Assembly: GCA_965249955.1 (NCBI GenBank)
Contig: OZ252261.1
Location: 852,852 to 916,851, forward strand
Direction: 5' to 3'
DNA: 64,000 nt
Source of the DNA: Bacteroidia bacterium
Lineage (GTDB): Bacteria; Bacteroidota; Bacteroidia; UBA8524
In this document: one piece after another, positions 49,258 to 59,201 of the stretch
Layout of the letters: the number at the start of each line of letters is the position of its first letter
How positions within the stretch are numbered: position 1 is the first letter of the stretch
Position numbers and translations under genes: made by a program
Notes under the pieces: model-generated
The model's database searches: none
What the model saw: only the letters and a program-made list of their open reading frames with translations
What the model was told of the DNA's origin: nothing

Positions 49258-51495
49258 TTATTCAAAAATTTCTTCAGTTACTCTATACTGAGCTAAATTT
49301 TGATACCAATTTGTTTTTTCTGTACCTCCACTTATTGCCCATTGGTTAAAATAGCGGTGTGCAACATTAACAGGCGTTTTTTCTTGAGGGTAATCAAAAG
49401 TTTCATCAATCAATATAGCCCAAGGCAGGTTGTTGGATGTTTTATAATAAGTTCCGTTTGAAGAGTTTGAGGCATCTTGTCCAGTCCCAAACAAAGTATT
49501 ATCAGCCAGGCTGGTAGGGGCAAAATTACCCAAGTGTATTTCGTATCCTCGACGGCCATTGGTGAAAATAAACGGGTTTATCTTGGCTATATCAAGCGTA
49601 CTTTGGTTTTGTGGCGTACCAAAACTTACTGTTACCAATATAGTATCAGAAGTTCCTTTAGCGTTTGCTTTTATAGTGTTGAAGAATGAACCCTGCGCAC
49701 GTTGCAAAGTAGGTTCGGGCGAATCGAAACAAATTATCACGGCTTTATCCTGCCCTGCTTCTGTATTGTTTCCACTAAGGGTTACTCGGCTTTTAGTAAG
49801 CACTTGCCCTGTAACATTTGACACGGTATTTGGGGCTAAATCATCTAACCTAAAACCAAAACCATTATCAAACGAACCACCTACCGAACGTACATTAACC
49901 TTTATTTTCATATCCACCACTTTTTCATCGGCATTTAGTACCTTTTGTATATTAAAGGCAATCACCATGTCATTAAAATCATAGTCGGCAGTATTAGGCC
50001 ACAAATCTTCAAAAGCTATATTGGCAAAAGTACTGCCCGATGGATAATAGCTATCAAAAGCACGGGTGGCATCATTAGGGTAAGCATCTTGACTATTGGG
50101 CACTCCATCGCTATCATCATCTTGCACAACTACCACATTAAACCCAAGCGGATTACAAGTTGAAGTAGGCAAACTGCCCGTACAAGCTATTTGCCCCCCT
50201 GATGACAGGCTACCGTTGTTGGTTTCTACACCATTATCATCGCATAGGTTTAACTTGCCTTTTATTTCACCATTCGAGTTTATTACAGTTCTATCGGCTA
50301 CTTCAATCACACTAGTACTATTCCCTTTACCTTCAATTTTATTATTTATTGTTATGTCATCACAAGTCAACATTGCGCCGTCATTCAACTCAAACTTTGC
50401 ACTGCTGTTATGGGTAAATGCGCCTGTAACAGCTATTAAACCACTGGTATATAAATCTCCATTGTTGGTCAATGAACCTCCTACACTTAAATAGCAATAG
50501 TTGTCAAAATTTCCGTCAGAGTTTACTGTGGCACTTCCTCCTACAGTTAATAAATGATAATTCTTAAACTTCTCGTTAACAGTTAAGCTACCACTAACAG
50601 CAAATTTATCGTAGTTTTTTATCTCACCATCAGAGTTTATAGTAACTGCACCACTGGCATACATTCTGCCGTTGTTGGTTATTTTTCCACCCACATTCAT
50701 AGAGCCTGTTACTACTAAGCTATCGCACCAGTTTTTCACCTCTGCTTTGCTATTGTTAGTTACCAAATTTGTTATGGTTACTTGTGCACCTTCTAATATA
50801 TAGGCGTTGCAATCGTTATTTAATGTAAGGCTGGTAATAGTTGCATTGCCACATATTTTCACACTACTTTTTCCATTAATGGTAATGCTACCGCTATATG
50901 TACCGGTAATACAATACACATCGTTATTGCTGTTTATGGTAATATTACCTGTGTGATTGTTATAGCTTTGGTCGCAAGACGAGCTGCAATCCATACCCGA
51001 ACCTGATTTATGAAAGGTGTATACATTGTTGGGGCCACTATCAAACATAGTGCTTGCAAATGTGCTGGCCTGCACTTTATTAAACTGACTTGTTCCATCA
51101 GGGTTTATTTTCTCTATCCACAAAAACTCTTGCGAAGCCGGCACCCGCACATAAGTAGCATACTCATACGTTGATACTGAGGTTTGACCTTCTTTTACCA
51201 ACTCGCCTGTTGTAGGCACATTAGTATATACTTTTATAAGATAACGGGTACTGGGTGTTAATGGGTTTTTTACCCCTACACGCACATATAAATCTTTGTG
51301 TGTCTCGTAATTAAAATCTTTTGGAGGTGAGAGTTCTTTGATGGGAATTGCAAGCACATCACTAGGTGTATCTTGATTTTGATCTAAATCAAAACGGCGC
51401 TTGCACGAATACACTGTTAAAAGAAATAGTGCCAACAGTGATAAAAGAACTAATTTTTTCATAATTTCCCAGTTAAAGTCAGTTTCCAAATACAA
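49258..51495 (-). CDS. LruC-domain-containing secreted protein with an N-terminal beta-helix-like pseudo-repeat region
   Basis: Signal peptide; central degenerate repeats (GSLTVNEKFKNY / GGSATVNSDGNFDNY / GGSLTNNGDLYTSG); C-terminal DDDSDGVPNSQDAYPND...DYDFNDMV...INPFIFTNG typical of LruC (TIGR04456-like); 745 aa. Confidence 0.65.
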   Translation of the reverse strand: MYLETDFNWEIMKKLVLLSLLALFLLTVYSCKRRFDLDQNQDTPSDVLAIPIKELSPPKDFNYETHKDLYVRVGVKNPLTPSTRYLIKVYTNVPTTGELVKEGQTSVSTYEYATYVRVPASQEFLWIEKINPDGTSQFNKVQASTFASTMFDSGPNNVYTFHKSGSGMDCSSSCDQSYNNHTGNITINSNNDVYCITGTYSGSITINGKSSVKICGNATITSLTLNNDCNAYILEGAQVTITNLVTNNSKAEVKNWCDSLVVTGSMNVGGKITNNGRMYASGAVTINSDGEIKNYDKFAVSGSLTVNEKFKNYHLLTVGGSATVNSDGNFDNYCYLSVGGSLTNNGDLYTSGLIAVTGAFTHNSSAKFELNDGAMLTCDDITINNKIEGKGNSTSVIEVADRTVINSNGEIKGKLNLCDDNGVETNNGSLSSGGQIACTGSLPTSTCNPLGFNVVVVQDDDSDGVPNSQDAYPNDATRAFDSYYPSGSTFANIAFEDLWPNTADYDFNDMVIAFNIQKVLNADEKVVDMKIKVNVRSVGGSFDNGFGFRLDDLAPNTVSNVTGQVLTKSRVTLSGNNTEAGQDKAVIICFDSPEPTLQRAQGSFFNTIKANAKGTSDTILVTVSFGTPQNQSTLDIAKINPFIFTNGRRGYEIHLGNFAPTSLADNTLFGTGQDASNSSNGTYYKTSNNLPWAILIDETFDYPQEKTPVNVAHRYFNQWAISGGTEKTNWYQNLAQYRVTEEIFE

Positions 51496-51650
51496 CAGCT
51501 AGTTGATTGGATGAGAAAATCAATCAGACATATCCATATATAGCATTACAAAGTTAACAGCAAGTGCTTTACAAAACAACATTTAATTGTTTATTTCCCA
51601 CAAAAAAAATAATATAACCAATTAAAACCACATTAACAAATAATTTTTAA

Positions 51651-52271
51651 TTATTTAGCAGGTCTTTCCCACTGTTTTGTTTCAAAGTTATATTGCTTCA
51701 ATATTTTGGCAGGATTACCGCCAACTACACTATACGGAGGCACATCTTTAGTTACCACACTACCACCGGCAACTACACTGTGTTTGCCAATAGTAATGCC
51801 CGCAGTAAGCACAGCATTTGCACCAATCCACACTTCATCTTCAACAGTTATTTGTGAAGTGGTTACTTTTTGAAGTCGAATTGGCGTATCAATATCCTCG
51901 TAGCCATGATTAAGCCCTGATAACACAACGTTTTGAGCCAAAATTACCTGACTGCCTACTTTTACAGGGCCTATAAGCACATTTCCTAAACCTATACGGC
52001 TATTGCTACCTATACTTACAGGGCCAACACCATTATTTACCACACTAAAATCTTCAATAGTGCTATTCGCTCCTATTTCAAAATGATTAAAGGGCAAAAC
52101 ATCCATACGCACACGGCGGCACACCCGTGCACCCTTGCCTTTTTTATGGTAAAACGGGTTTACAAACCATTGCACCCACAAACGCGGGCGGGCTTGGTTG
52201 GTGGGTATCAGCATCCAATGCACCAACTTTTTAAGTTGTGCATTGCTTTTTATTTTTTCTTTTAGTGCCAC
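51651..52271 (-). CDS. Hexapeptide-repeat (left-handed beta-helix) acetyltransferase
   Basis: IGANAVLTAGITIGKHSVVAGGSVVTKDVPPYSVVGGNPAKILK. Confidence 0.75.
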   Translation of the reverse strand: MALKEKIKSNAQLKKLVHWMLIPTNQARPRLWVQWFVNPFYHKKGKGARVCRRVRMDVLPFNHFEIGANSTIEDFSVVNNGVGPVSIGSNSRIGLGNVLIGPVKVGSQVILAQNVVLSGLNHGYEDIDTPIRLQKVTTSQITVEDEVWIGANAVLTAGITIGKHSVVAGGSVVTKDVPPYSVVGGNPAKILKQYNFETKQWERPAK

Positions 52272-52351
52272 AGTGCTAAAATACTAAAAAAAGGGCAACC
52301 GTAAGCCCTATTGCTGCACTTGCCAATACAAAACATTAAATTTGCGCCCCA

Positions 52352-52996
52352 ATGGCCAAAAAAAAATTAAAACGCTGGGCAGAACTGCTCACCTTTCCAC
52401 ACGTTTTTCAGTTTGAAGAAGATATGCCGGGTACGTGGGGTAAAAATGTATTTAAAAACGATAACCCCATTGTGCTTGAACTAGCTTGTGGCAAGGGCGA
52501 GTATACGGTGAATTTAGCGCAGGCTTTTCCCGATAGAAATTTTGTAGGGGTTGATATTAAAGGCCACCGTATGTGGGTAGGTGCTAAACAAGCATTGGAT
52601 GAAAACTTACCGAATGCTGCTTTTTTAAGAACCGAAATTGAGAAAATAGACCGCTATTTTGCTCCCGAAGAAGTTGCTGAAATATGGATTACTTTTCCCG
52701 ACCCACAACCGCAGGAAAGTAGGGCTAAGAAAAGGCTTACCTCTCCCCGATTTTTAAATTTGTACAAAAATATTTTACAAAAAGGGGGCTGTATTCACTT
52801 AAAAACCGACAGCACGCTGATGTACGAGTTTACTTTGGAAATGATTACCGAAGCCTGCCTACCTATAATACGCCAAACGGCTGATTTGTACAATGCTTCG
52901 TTTTTAGACGAGCATTTATCTATAAAAACTACTTACGAGAAAATTTTTACCGAAAAGGGAGAGCTGATAAAGTATGTGCAATTTGTTTTGCATTAA
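52352..52996 (+). CDS. trmB: tRNA (guanine46-N7)-methyltransferase
   Basis: LELACGKGEYTV...FVGVDIK...IWITFPDPQPQ...KRL; 214 aa. Confidence 0.85.
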   Translation: MAKKKLKRWAELLTFPHVFQFEEDMPGTWGKNVFKNDNPIVLELACGKGEYTVNLAQAFPDRNFVGVDIKGHRMWVGAKQALDENLPNAAFLRTEIEKIDRYFAPEEVAEIWITFPDPQPQESRAKKRLTSPRFLNLYKNILQKGGCIHLKTDSTLMYEFTLEMITEACLPIIRQTADLYNASFLDEHLSIKTTYEKIFTEKGELIKYVQFVLH

Positions 52997-53004
52997 ACAG
53001 CCTA

Positions 53005-53032
53005 CATTTAGCAGTTATCATTTTTCATTAAA
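53005..53032 (+). repeat. Heptad tract H5 (CATTTAG CAGTTAT CATTTTT CATTAAA), starting 8 nt after the trmB stop
   Basis: Read directly. Confidence 0.7.
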
Positions 53033-53054
53033 GGGTTAGTACCCTGCATACTGA

Positions 53055-53185
53055 TATCAGTAGTAAGTAGAAAGATAAAAGACAGTACTATATTTTTGAG
53101 CAACTAAACTAATGACTTCTAAATCCCACACATCTCGCATCCTGCCTCGCACATCTTTCTGACATCTGACATCATCTCTACGCTA
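53055..53185. repeat. D-box repeat copy D2 (agtaagtagaaagataaaagacagtact ... tcccacacatctc ... tctgacatctgacatc) in the convergent trmB/membrane-protein gap
   Basis: Module-by-module similarity to 46707-46890. Confidence 0.6.
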
Positions 53186-54049
53186 CAAATAAAGCCAATG
53201 AAACTGAAGCCCTTTTTCACTGATTTCTAGGGCAGGAAAGGGAAGTTTAAAAATGTTTAAGGGGTATAACCACCGCTTTAGCTTTTGATTTTTTACAAGG
53301 GGGTCAAAATTTATATCAAACGAGATATAAAACTGGCGGTAACGGTCTACATTACTAAAATCTTGTACCACACCGTCTTTATCTGTCCACACATTATCGT
53401 GTCCGCCATACATACCCTCGGCACCATAGCCAAGGCTAAGCAGCAACCACGAGGGAAGTATTTTTTTACCTATCAGTCGGTTAATATCAAACGTAAACCA
53501 ATAGGTTTGCCCATTATAATCTTTCAAAGAGTTTTGAATATAATCAACCCCAAACATATCAGGCCTTGCCAAAGCATAAATAGTTTGGTGAAAACTAAAT
53601 TTAGGCAATACCACTATGCTGTTCCAGCCCCGCATTTGCAAATAGGCAAATAGCGAGCCTAGTGCATTGGCCAACATATCACCCCACGAAAATCCCCACG
53701 ATACCGAAAAACCATCAAACACTTCAATAGGTGCAAGGGCTAAAAAACTGAACAAAAGGGCAAACAATGCCGATTTTTTAGGCTCAAAACCTGCCCAACA
53801 GAAAATAAAAGCGGGCATCATTGTATTTTGAAACTGTACTACGGCGTGCCCCACTTTATCCATTTGCAGCCATTCGCTCATATCATTAAAAAAATGAAAA
53901 GGGGCTTGCGGGCTTTTGCTATACCACAACCACCACAAGAAAAAAATGTACAAAGGGTAAATAATAGCTATACTAACCAAAAAGCCTTTGGCTCGTTGGC
54001 GAGCCTCAGCGTTGGGATGGTATTGCAAATAACTTTGCGGCACAAGCAT
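53183..54049 (-). CDS. Hypothetical polytopic membrane protein (288 aa)
   Basis: Multiple hydrophobic helices, Trp-rich; no family recognised with confidence. Confidence 0.4.
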   Translation of the reverse strand: MLVPQSYLQYHPNAEARQRAKGFLVSIAIIYPLYIFFLWWLWYSKSPQAPFHFFNDMSEWLQMDKVGHAVVQFQNTMMPAFIFCWAGFEPKKSALFALLFSFLALAPIEVFDGFSVSWGFSWGDMLANALGSLFAYLQMRGWNSIVVLPKFSFHQTIYALARPDMFGVDYIQNSLKDYNGQTYWFTFDINRLIGKKILPSWLLLSLGYGAEGMYGGHDNVWTDKDGVVQDFSNVDRYRQFYISFDINFDPLVKNQKLKRWLYPLNIFKLPFPALEISEKGLQFHWLYL

Positions 54050-54153
54050 GGGGCGAAGTAATAGCCAAAACCGCTAATGTGCAAACATTTATTAGCATAG
54101 ATGTGAGGGGAACCCAGAAAAATTCCAAATCTCAAATTCTAAAACCAAAAACC

Positions 54154-54188
54154 TTAAATGATAAATGTAAAATGACAACTGCTAAATG
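54154..54188 (-). repeat. Heptad tract H3 (mRNA sense CATTTAG CAGTTGT CATTTTA CATTTAT CATTTAA), starting 5 nt after the TPR-CHAT gene stop
   Basis: Read directly. Confidence 0.7.
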
Positions 54189-54193
54189 AAAAG

Positions 54194-57100
54194 CTACTCT
54201 ACCAACACAAAAGCAGCCCAATAGTAGGGAGCATATTTGGCACGCATTGCTTTTTGTGCCGCCTCAAATGATGCACGCACATTGCCCGTTTGCACATATT
54301 GGGCATAAAACAGTTCCATCAACTCTTTAGTTTCTTTGTCGGGAACACTCCAAAGGCTCATTAGCAAAGTTTTTGCACCCGCCATTTTAAAGGCACGTTG
54401 CAAACCAAACACGCCCTCAGTTCCGCCTGTTTCTCCCAAACCTGTTTGGCAGGCTGAAAGTACTACCAATTGGGTATTACTAAGGTCAAGCCCTGCTACT
54501 TCGTAGGCGGTAAGCACACCGTCTTCTTTTCCTTTTGGGGTAGATAATCCCTTCCACGCACGGTTTCCACCTGCCAATAGTAGGCCACCACGCATTAGGG
54601 GATTATCGGCAAGGGTAAAAGCGTTTTCATTTTCGCCAAAACTGCCGCTTTTTTTGGCTTCTTTAGCTTCTTGTATAAAAAAACCGTGTGTAGCCAAGTG
54701 AAGCACTTGCGGGGCATTGCCACTAAGTTGTTTAAACTGTTCTTCGGTAGCATTTTTGGCAGTGTATAGCAAAGCATTGGCTTTTATGGTTTGCAGCAGG
54801 TGCTGTATTTGTTGTGTTTCAGTAAGTGTACCTTGCAGGTAGTTAAACCCTGCGGCCATGCCTCTATCTTCGGGCAATAGGCTAAGTGCGCTGTCTTTTG
54901 TGGCGGTTTCATCAGCACTATAATCTATGCCGCCAAAAAGCACTGCATTTTTTAAGGGTGCAGGCTTGTTGTCTTGTTGTCCAATATCTTTTAATGATAG
55001 TAGCTGCACCAATCTATATTTATCTATCAGCAAAGTACTATCAGATGTGGGCAAGGCATTAAAGGCTACTTGATGCAATAAACCATCGGCACTAAGGTAT
55101 GCAGTTTTGCTGTTGCCCAAATATTTTTCAAGCGGTTTCCATATTAGCCTATACAAACTATCGCCGTAGGCAGAAGGGTCTATTTGTACCTCGCTCAAAA
55201 GTTCGCTGCTGCGGGTGGCAAATATTTGTTTAGGGGCAACGCTGCTTAATATATTTTGCAGTTTACCTTCATTAAATAGGGGGACGTAAACGGGTTGTTT
55301 GTCTTGCGGGCGAAGTATAAGCGCACCGTATTTCACACTGTCTTCGTCTTTCACAAACCACATATCGTAGCGCACAAATTCAATGGCTACTTCATTGGGC
55401 TTTAGCTGTTGCTGTATTTGTTTCCAATTAGCCGTAAACAGTGCATCAACACTGCGGTAATCAGCCGATTTTTTTATTAATAATTTTTCTAGCTCGTCGG
55501 CCTCTACCTCCCATACAAAAGTATTGGGGTTACGTTGTGGCTTGGTGTATTCTTTGGCCAATAGGCTACGCAAGTCTACCAGTTTTTTATACAGGTTTTG
55601 TACTGCTGTATCGTTGGTGTTTTTTAATCGTGATGATATGGTATTGCTATACCGCAACGATGCCCCTTTTAGCATTAACAGGTTATTAAACAACTCGCCC
55701 GAAAACTGTTGTGGGTTTTTAGAGGTGTAATATGCCAGCAAATGATGCGAGTTGTAGGTTTGACTGCGGATATAGCTAAGCAATTCATCGCCCGAAAGAA
55801 AGGTAAGTTTGTTGTGCAGCTCTTCCCTATCAACAGTTATAAGCTGCTGCACATATTTTGATGCTTTTGGGTGATTTATTTTTACAAAGGTTTCTGTGGC
55901 TTGCAGTAGTGTTTGCCTATAACCGTAGTGGTTTTTACCTACTGTTTTTTCAGATAAATCAAGGCTTTTTTCGGCCATTATTGCCGCACTATCGTATTTG
56001 CCTTGCAGGTAGTATATGCTGCGCATATTATCGTATACCTGTGTGTAATTGAACTGTGTAGGGCTGTATATTTTTTTATAAACGGCGTTTACTTTTTGCA
56101 AGCACCACAGGGCGCTATCGGGTTGTTGGGTTTCGTAATACAATTGCGAAAGTGCCATATAACCGCGTGGCGAGTGGGGGTTTTCTTTTCCCCAGTTATC
56201 GTCTAACAGTTTAATCGAGCTTAGTATTTTTTCTTTGGCTTTATCGTAAAAACCCACATCCATAAATAGCGATGCCAACTCAAGCTGGGTAAAAGCAAGC
56301 CCGTAGGCTTTGGTAGGCTCGTGCCCCTCATAATCTTGTGTTACTTCGTTGGCAAGGGTATAATAGTACAAGGCTTTTTTAATGTGCCCCAAATGCGCAT
56401 ACAAACCACCCAAATTGCTAAGGTATTGTATGTACTCTTCGCCTTCTCTATTGCCAAGGGTTTCGGTTAGGGCAAGGGCGTGCAACCCGTATTCTTCGGC
56501 TTGGGCATAATCGCCAATACCGTAATATATTCTGCTCATTTGCATAAATGCAAGCGCATTTTCGGGCGCATCATCGCCATAGTAGTTTATTGTAATGGGC
56601 AATACATCATCAATTATCTTTTTTGCTTCAGGGTAGTTTTCTAATGATATATAGGCATCAGCCAAATTGTTTAGGGCTTTAATATATTCTTCTTTATAGC
56701 CGCTTTGGTTTTGTTTATAGGCTTCTACCGATTTTTTTAAATAAGATATGCCTTCGTCAAAATCACCTAAAAAAACAAACAAATTACCAATGTATGCAGC
56801 CACCTTGCCATAGGTGGGGCTATCATCGCCAAAATAGTCTTTGGCCACAGTTATCTCGCTTTTTGCTATGCCCAATTCGGCTTCGCTATACACGTATTTC
56901 ATTTGCAGCTTTTCGCGTATGTTGGCTGCTAAATACAAATAGCCTTCGGCATTTTCTATATAATCTAATGACGAATACATCCGACCAAATTTTTTGTACG
57001 TTGCCTTAGCACTATCGTACTGCCCGTTTTTTATATAGGCTAAAATAAGGTTGGTGTATGGTGTGCTTAAAAATTCAGCTTCGCCATAATTGGCTACAAT

Positions 57101-57385
57101 TAAATTAATTACTTTGCTGTGTGTACTAATGGCGTTGGATACATCATTATTAGCATCGTACATACTACCCAGCATAGATAGCTGGTTGATGTAGGCATCG
57201 GTATACTCACTGTTCTCAAGCAGGGTTACCAACTCTTGTTGAGATTCTATGGCAAACGAGTATGCCCCCAGTTGGTAGTAGTGTTGCGCTATGGCGTATA
57301 CGCTATCTACTTTTTCTGAAAAACTACTTTGGGCATTGCCAAAAAGGCAAGTAAACGAGATTATAAGCGCGATTATATACTTCAA
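54194..57385 (-). CDS. TPR-repeat protein with a C-terminal CHAT (caspase-like) protease domain; secreted or periplasmic
   Basis: Signal peptide; about 700 aa of TPR-like repeats; CHAT His/Cys dyad motifs VLHLATHGFF and VVLSACQTG; 1063 aa. Confidence 0.75.
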   Translation of the reverse strand: MKYIIALIISFTCLFGNAQSSFSEKVDSVYAIAQHYYQLGAYSFAIESQQELVTLLENSEYTDAYINQLSMLGSMYDANNDVSNAISTHSKVINLIVANYGEAEFLSTPYTNLILAYIKNGQYDSAKATYKKFGRMYSSLDYIENAEGYLYLAANIREKLQMKYVYSEAELGIAKSEITVAKDYFGDDSPTYGKVAAYIGNLFVFLGDFDEGISYLKKSVEAYKQNQSGYKEEYIKALNNLADAYISLENYPEAKKIIDDVLPITINYYGDDAPENALAFMQMSRIYYGIGDYAQAEEYGLHALALTETLGNREGEEYIQYLSNLGGLYAHLGHIKKALYYYTLANEVTQDYEGHEPTKAYGLAFTQLELASLFMDVGFYDKAKEKILSSIKLLDDNWGKENPHSPRGYMALSQLYYETQQPDSALWCLQKVNAVYKKIYSPTQFNYTQVYDNMRSIYYLQGKYDSAAIMAEKSLDLSEKTVGKNHYGYRQTLLQATETFVKINHPKASKYVQQLITVDREELHNKLTFLSGDELLSYIRSQTYNSHHLLAYYTSKNPQQFSGELFNNLLMLKGASLRYSNTISSRLKNTNDTAVQNLYKKLVDLRSLLAKEYTKPQRNPNTFVWEVEADELEKLLIKKSADYRSVDALFTANWKQIQQQLKPNEVAIEFVRYDMWFVKDEDSVKYGALILRPQDKQPVYVPLFNEGKLQNILSSVAPKQIFATRSSELLSEVQIDPSAYGDSLYRLIWKPLEKYLGNSKTAYLSADGLLHQVAFNALPTSDSTLLIDKYRLVQLLSLKDIGQQDNKPAPLKNAVLFGGIDYSADETATKDSALSLLPEDRGMAAGFNYLQGTLTETQQIQHLLQTIKANALLYTAKNATEEQFKQLSGNAPQVLHLATHGFFIQEAKEAKKSGSFGENENAFTLADNPLMRGGLLLAGGNRAWKGLSTPKGKEDGVLTAYEVAGLDLSNTQLVVLSACQTGLGETGGTEGVFGLQRAFKMAGAKTLLMSLWSVPDKETKELMELFYAQYVQTGNVRASFEAAQKAMRAKYAPYYWAAFVLVE

Positions 57386-57452
57386 CAGGTTTTGGGTTTT
57401 AGGGTTAATCTTTTCAAAAATAAAAAAGTAAACCCTAAGTCCTAAAACAGTT

Positions 57453-58784
57453 TTACTGTACCGGCTCTTTTTTGTATGGACGAATAATTAGCCTAATAGC
57501 GCGCTGAAAGCTAAAATAACTCCATATCCAGTTTAGTAGTACTACAAAACGGTTGCGAAAGCCTATAAGCATTAGCAGGTGCACAAACATCCAAACGTAC
57601 CAAGCAAACCAACCTTTAAATTTAAAGTAAGGTAAATCGACCACTGCTTTGTGCCTACCTATGGTAGCCATACTTCCTTTATCAAAATAGATAAAGGGTT
57701 TTAGTGCTTTTTTTTGGGTGATATTATGCAGGTTTTTTGCCAATAAATCAGCCTGCTGCATAGCTACGGGTGCTACTTGCGGATGCCCTTTAGGGTAGTC
57801 TTTTGTTTCCATATAAGCCACGTCGCCCACAGCAAATATGTTTTGGTAGCCTTCTACTTGATTGTGTGTATTTACTTTGTAACGGCTGCGCACTACTTGT
57901 GCATTTTTAGCACCTTCAACAACGTTGCCCATTACTCCCGCCGACCACAATACGGTTTCGGTGCTCATGGTAGAGCCATTGCTAAGTTTTAGGGTATGCC
58001 CGTCAAACTCTTGCACTGCGGTATTTAGTATTACATGAACCCCCATTTCTTGCAGAAACTTTGCGGCTGCCTCTGATGCACTTTCGCTCATGGCAGCCAA
58101 CACACGAGAACCTGCTTCAACCAAATGTATGCTCATTAGGTTAGGGTCTAGCTCGGGGTAATCGTTTGGCAAAACGGTTTTTTTAATCTCGGCCATTGCT
58201 CCAGCCAGCTCAACGCCTGTGGGGCCCGCACCTACTATTGTAAAATTTAGTATGCGTTGCTTATCGGCAATGGTGGTTGCAGCCATTGCTTTTTCAAACT
58301 CTTGCAACAATTCGCTGCGTATATCAAGCGATTGAGGTATGGTTTTAATGGGCATACTCCATTGTTTTATAGAAGCATTGCCAAAAAAATTGGTAACCGC
58401 GCCTGTGGCCAGCACCAAATAATCGTATGAAAAATTACCTACATCAGTAATCACCCTGCTGTTCTCATCGTCTATGCTTTGCACTGCCGCCATGCGAAAC
58501 GATACGTTGGGCATGGGGCCTATCATTTTACGAAAGGGATAGGCTATGGCATCGCTACCCAAACCACCTGTGGCCACTTGGTATAGCAAAGGCTGAAAAG
58601 TATGGTAGTTGTTTTTATCTAAAAGATAAACTTTAAACTTTTTATTGTTGAGGTGTTTTGCTAGCCGAAGACCTGCAAAACCACCCCCTATTATTACTAC
58701 TGTGGGATAAGACAGGCTATCGAATGATGTTGCCATGGTTAGGGTGTTTTGGTGCTGCAAATCTCTATGAAAAAACCCTGCCAA
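57453..58784 (-). CDS. ndh: Type II NADH dehydrogenase (NDH-2), FAD/NAD(P)-binding oxidoreductase
   Basis: VVIIGGGFAGL Rossmann motif; second NAD motif IVGAGPTGVELAG; likely start at the internal MATSFDS. Confidence 0.8.
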   Translation of the reverse strand: MAGFFHRDLQHQNTLTMATSFDSLSYPTVVIIGGGFAGLRLAKHLNNKKFKVYLLDKNNYHTFQPLLYQVATGGLGSDAIAYPFRKMIGPMPNVSFRMAAVQSIDDENSRVITDVGNFSYDYLVLATGAVTNFFGNASIKQWSMPIKTIPQSLDIRSELLQEFEKAMAATTIADKQRILNFTIVGAGPTGVELAGAMAEIKKTVLPNDYPELDPNLMSIHLVEAGSRVLAAMSESASEAAAKFLQEMGVHVILNTAVQEFDGHTLKLSNGSTMSTETVLWSAGVMGNVVEGAKNAQVVRSRYKVNTHNQVEGYQNIFAVGDVAYMETKDYPKGHPQVAPVAMQQADLLAKNLHNITQKKALKPFIYFDKGSMATIGRHKAVVDLPYFKFKGWFAWYVWMFVHLLMLIGFRNRFVVLLNWIWSYFSFQRAIRLIIRPYKKEPVQ

Positions 58785-59060
58785 AAAAGGTTTTTCAAGG
58801 CTTTCTTGGGTTGGTTTAAGTAATAAATTTTCAGCATTCCCTCAAGTCTTCACACTTGAAGTTCATTCTTGGGAAAATCCGCGCGAAAGCTTGTTTATAG
58901 CGGAACGCTTCCGGCTACTATCACGAAGCAAGGGAGCTTTGGGGAACGGGATGTTTTATCTTGCATTTTTCATGGCACATTTAACTGTGCGGTAGATGTA
59001 ATTCTGAGCTAAGTTGAAGGAATGAGGAAGGTAATACAGTAAAGAACAGCCTTTCTATAA

Positions 59061-59106
59061 AGCGGATGCTTTATTATTTTCGGCACGAGCGGACGCTCGA
59101 GCCAGC
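59061..59106 (+). repeat. B-box repeat copy B3 (AGCGGATGCT...cggcacGAGCGGACGCTCGAGCCAGC)
   Basis: Read directly. Confidence 0.7.
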
Positions 59107-59145
59107 TATTAATTGATAAAATAAATGAGTTTGGGGTAATAAAAA

Positions 59146-59180
59146 GGGCTTAGTTTATGATAAACTAAGCCCTTTTAATA
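59146..59180. terminator. Bidirectional terminator GGGCTTAGTTTA-TGA-TAAACTAAGCCC flanked by A5 and T4
   Basis: 12-bp perfect stem, 25 bp downstream of the M1 peptidase stop on the minus strand. Confidence 0.75.
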
Positions 59181-59201
59181 CGTTAAAAATAAATAAAAAT
59201 C

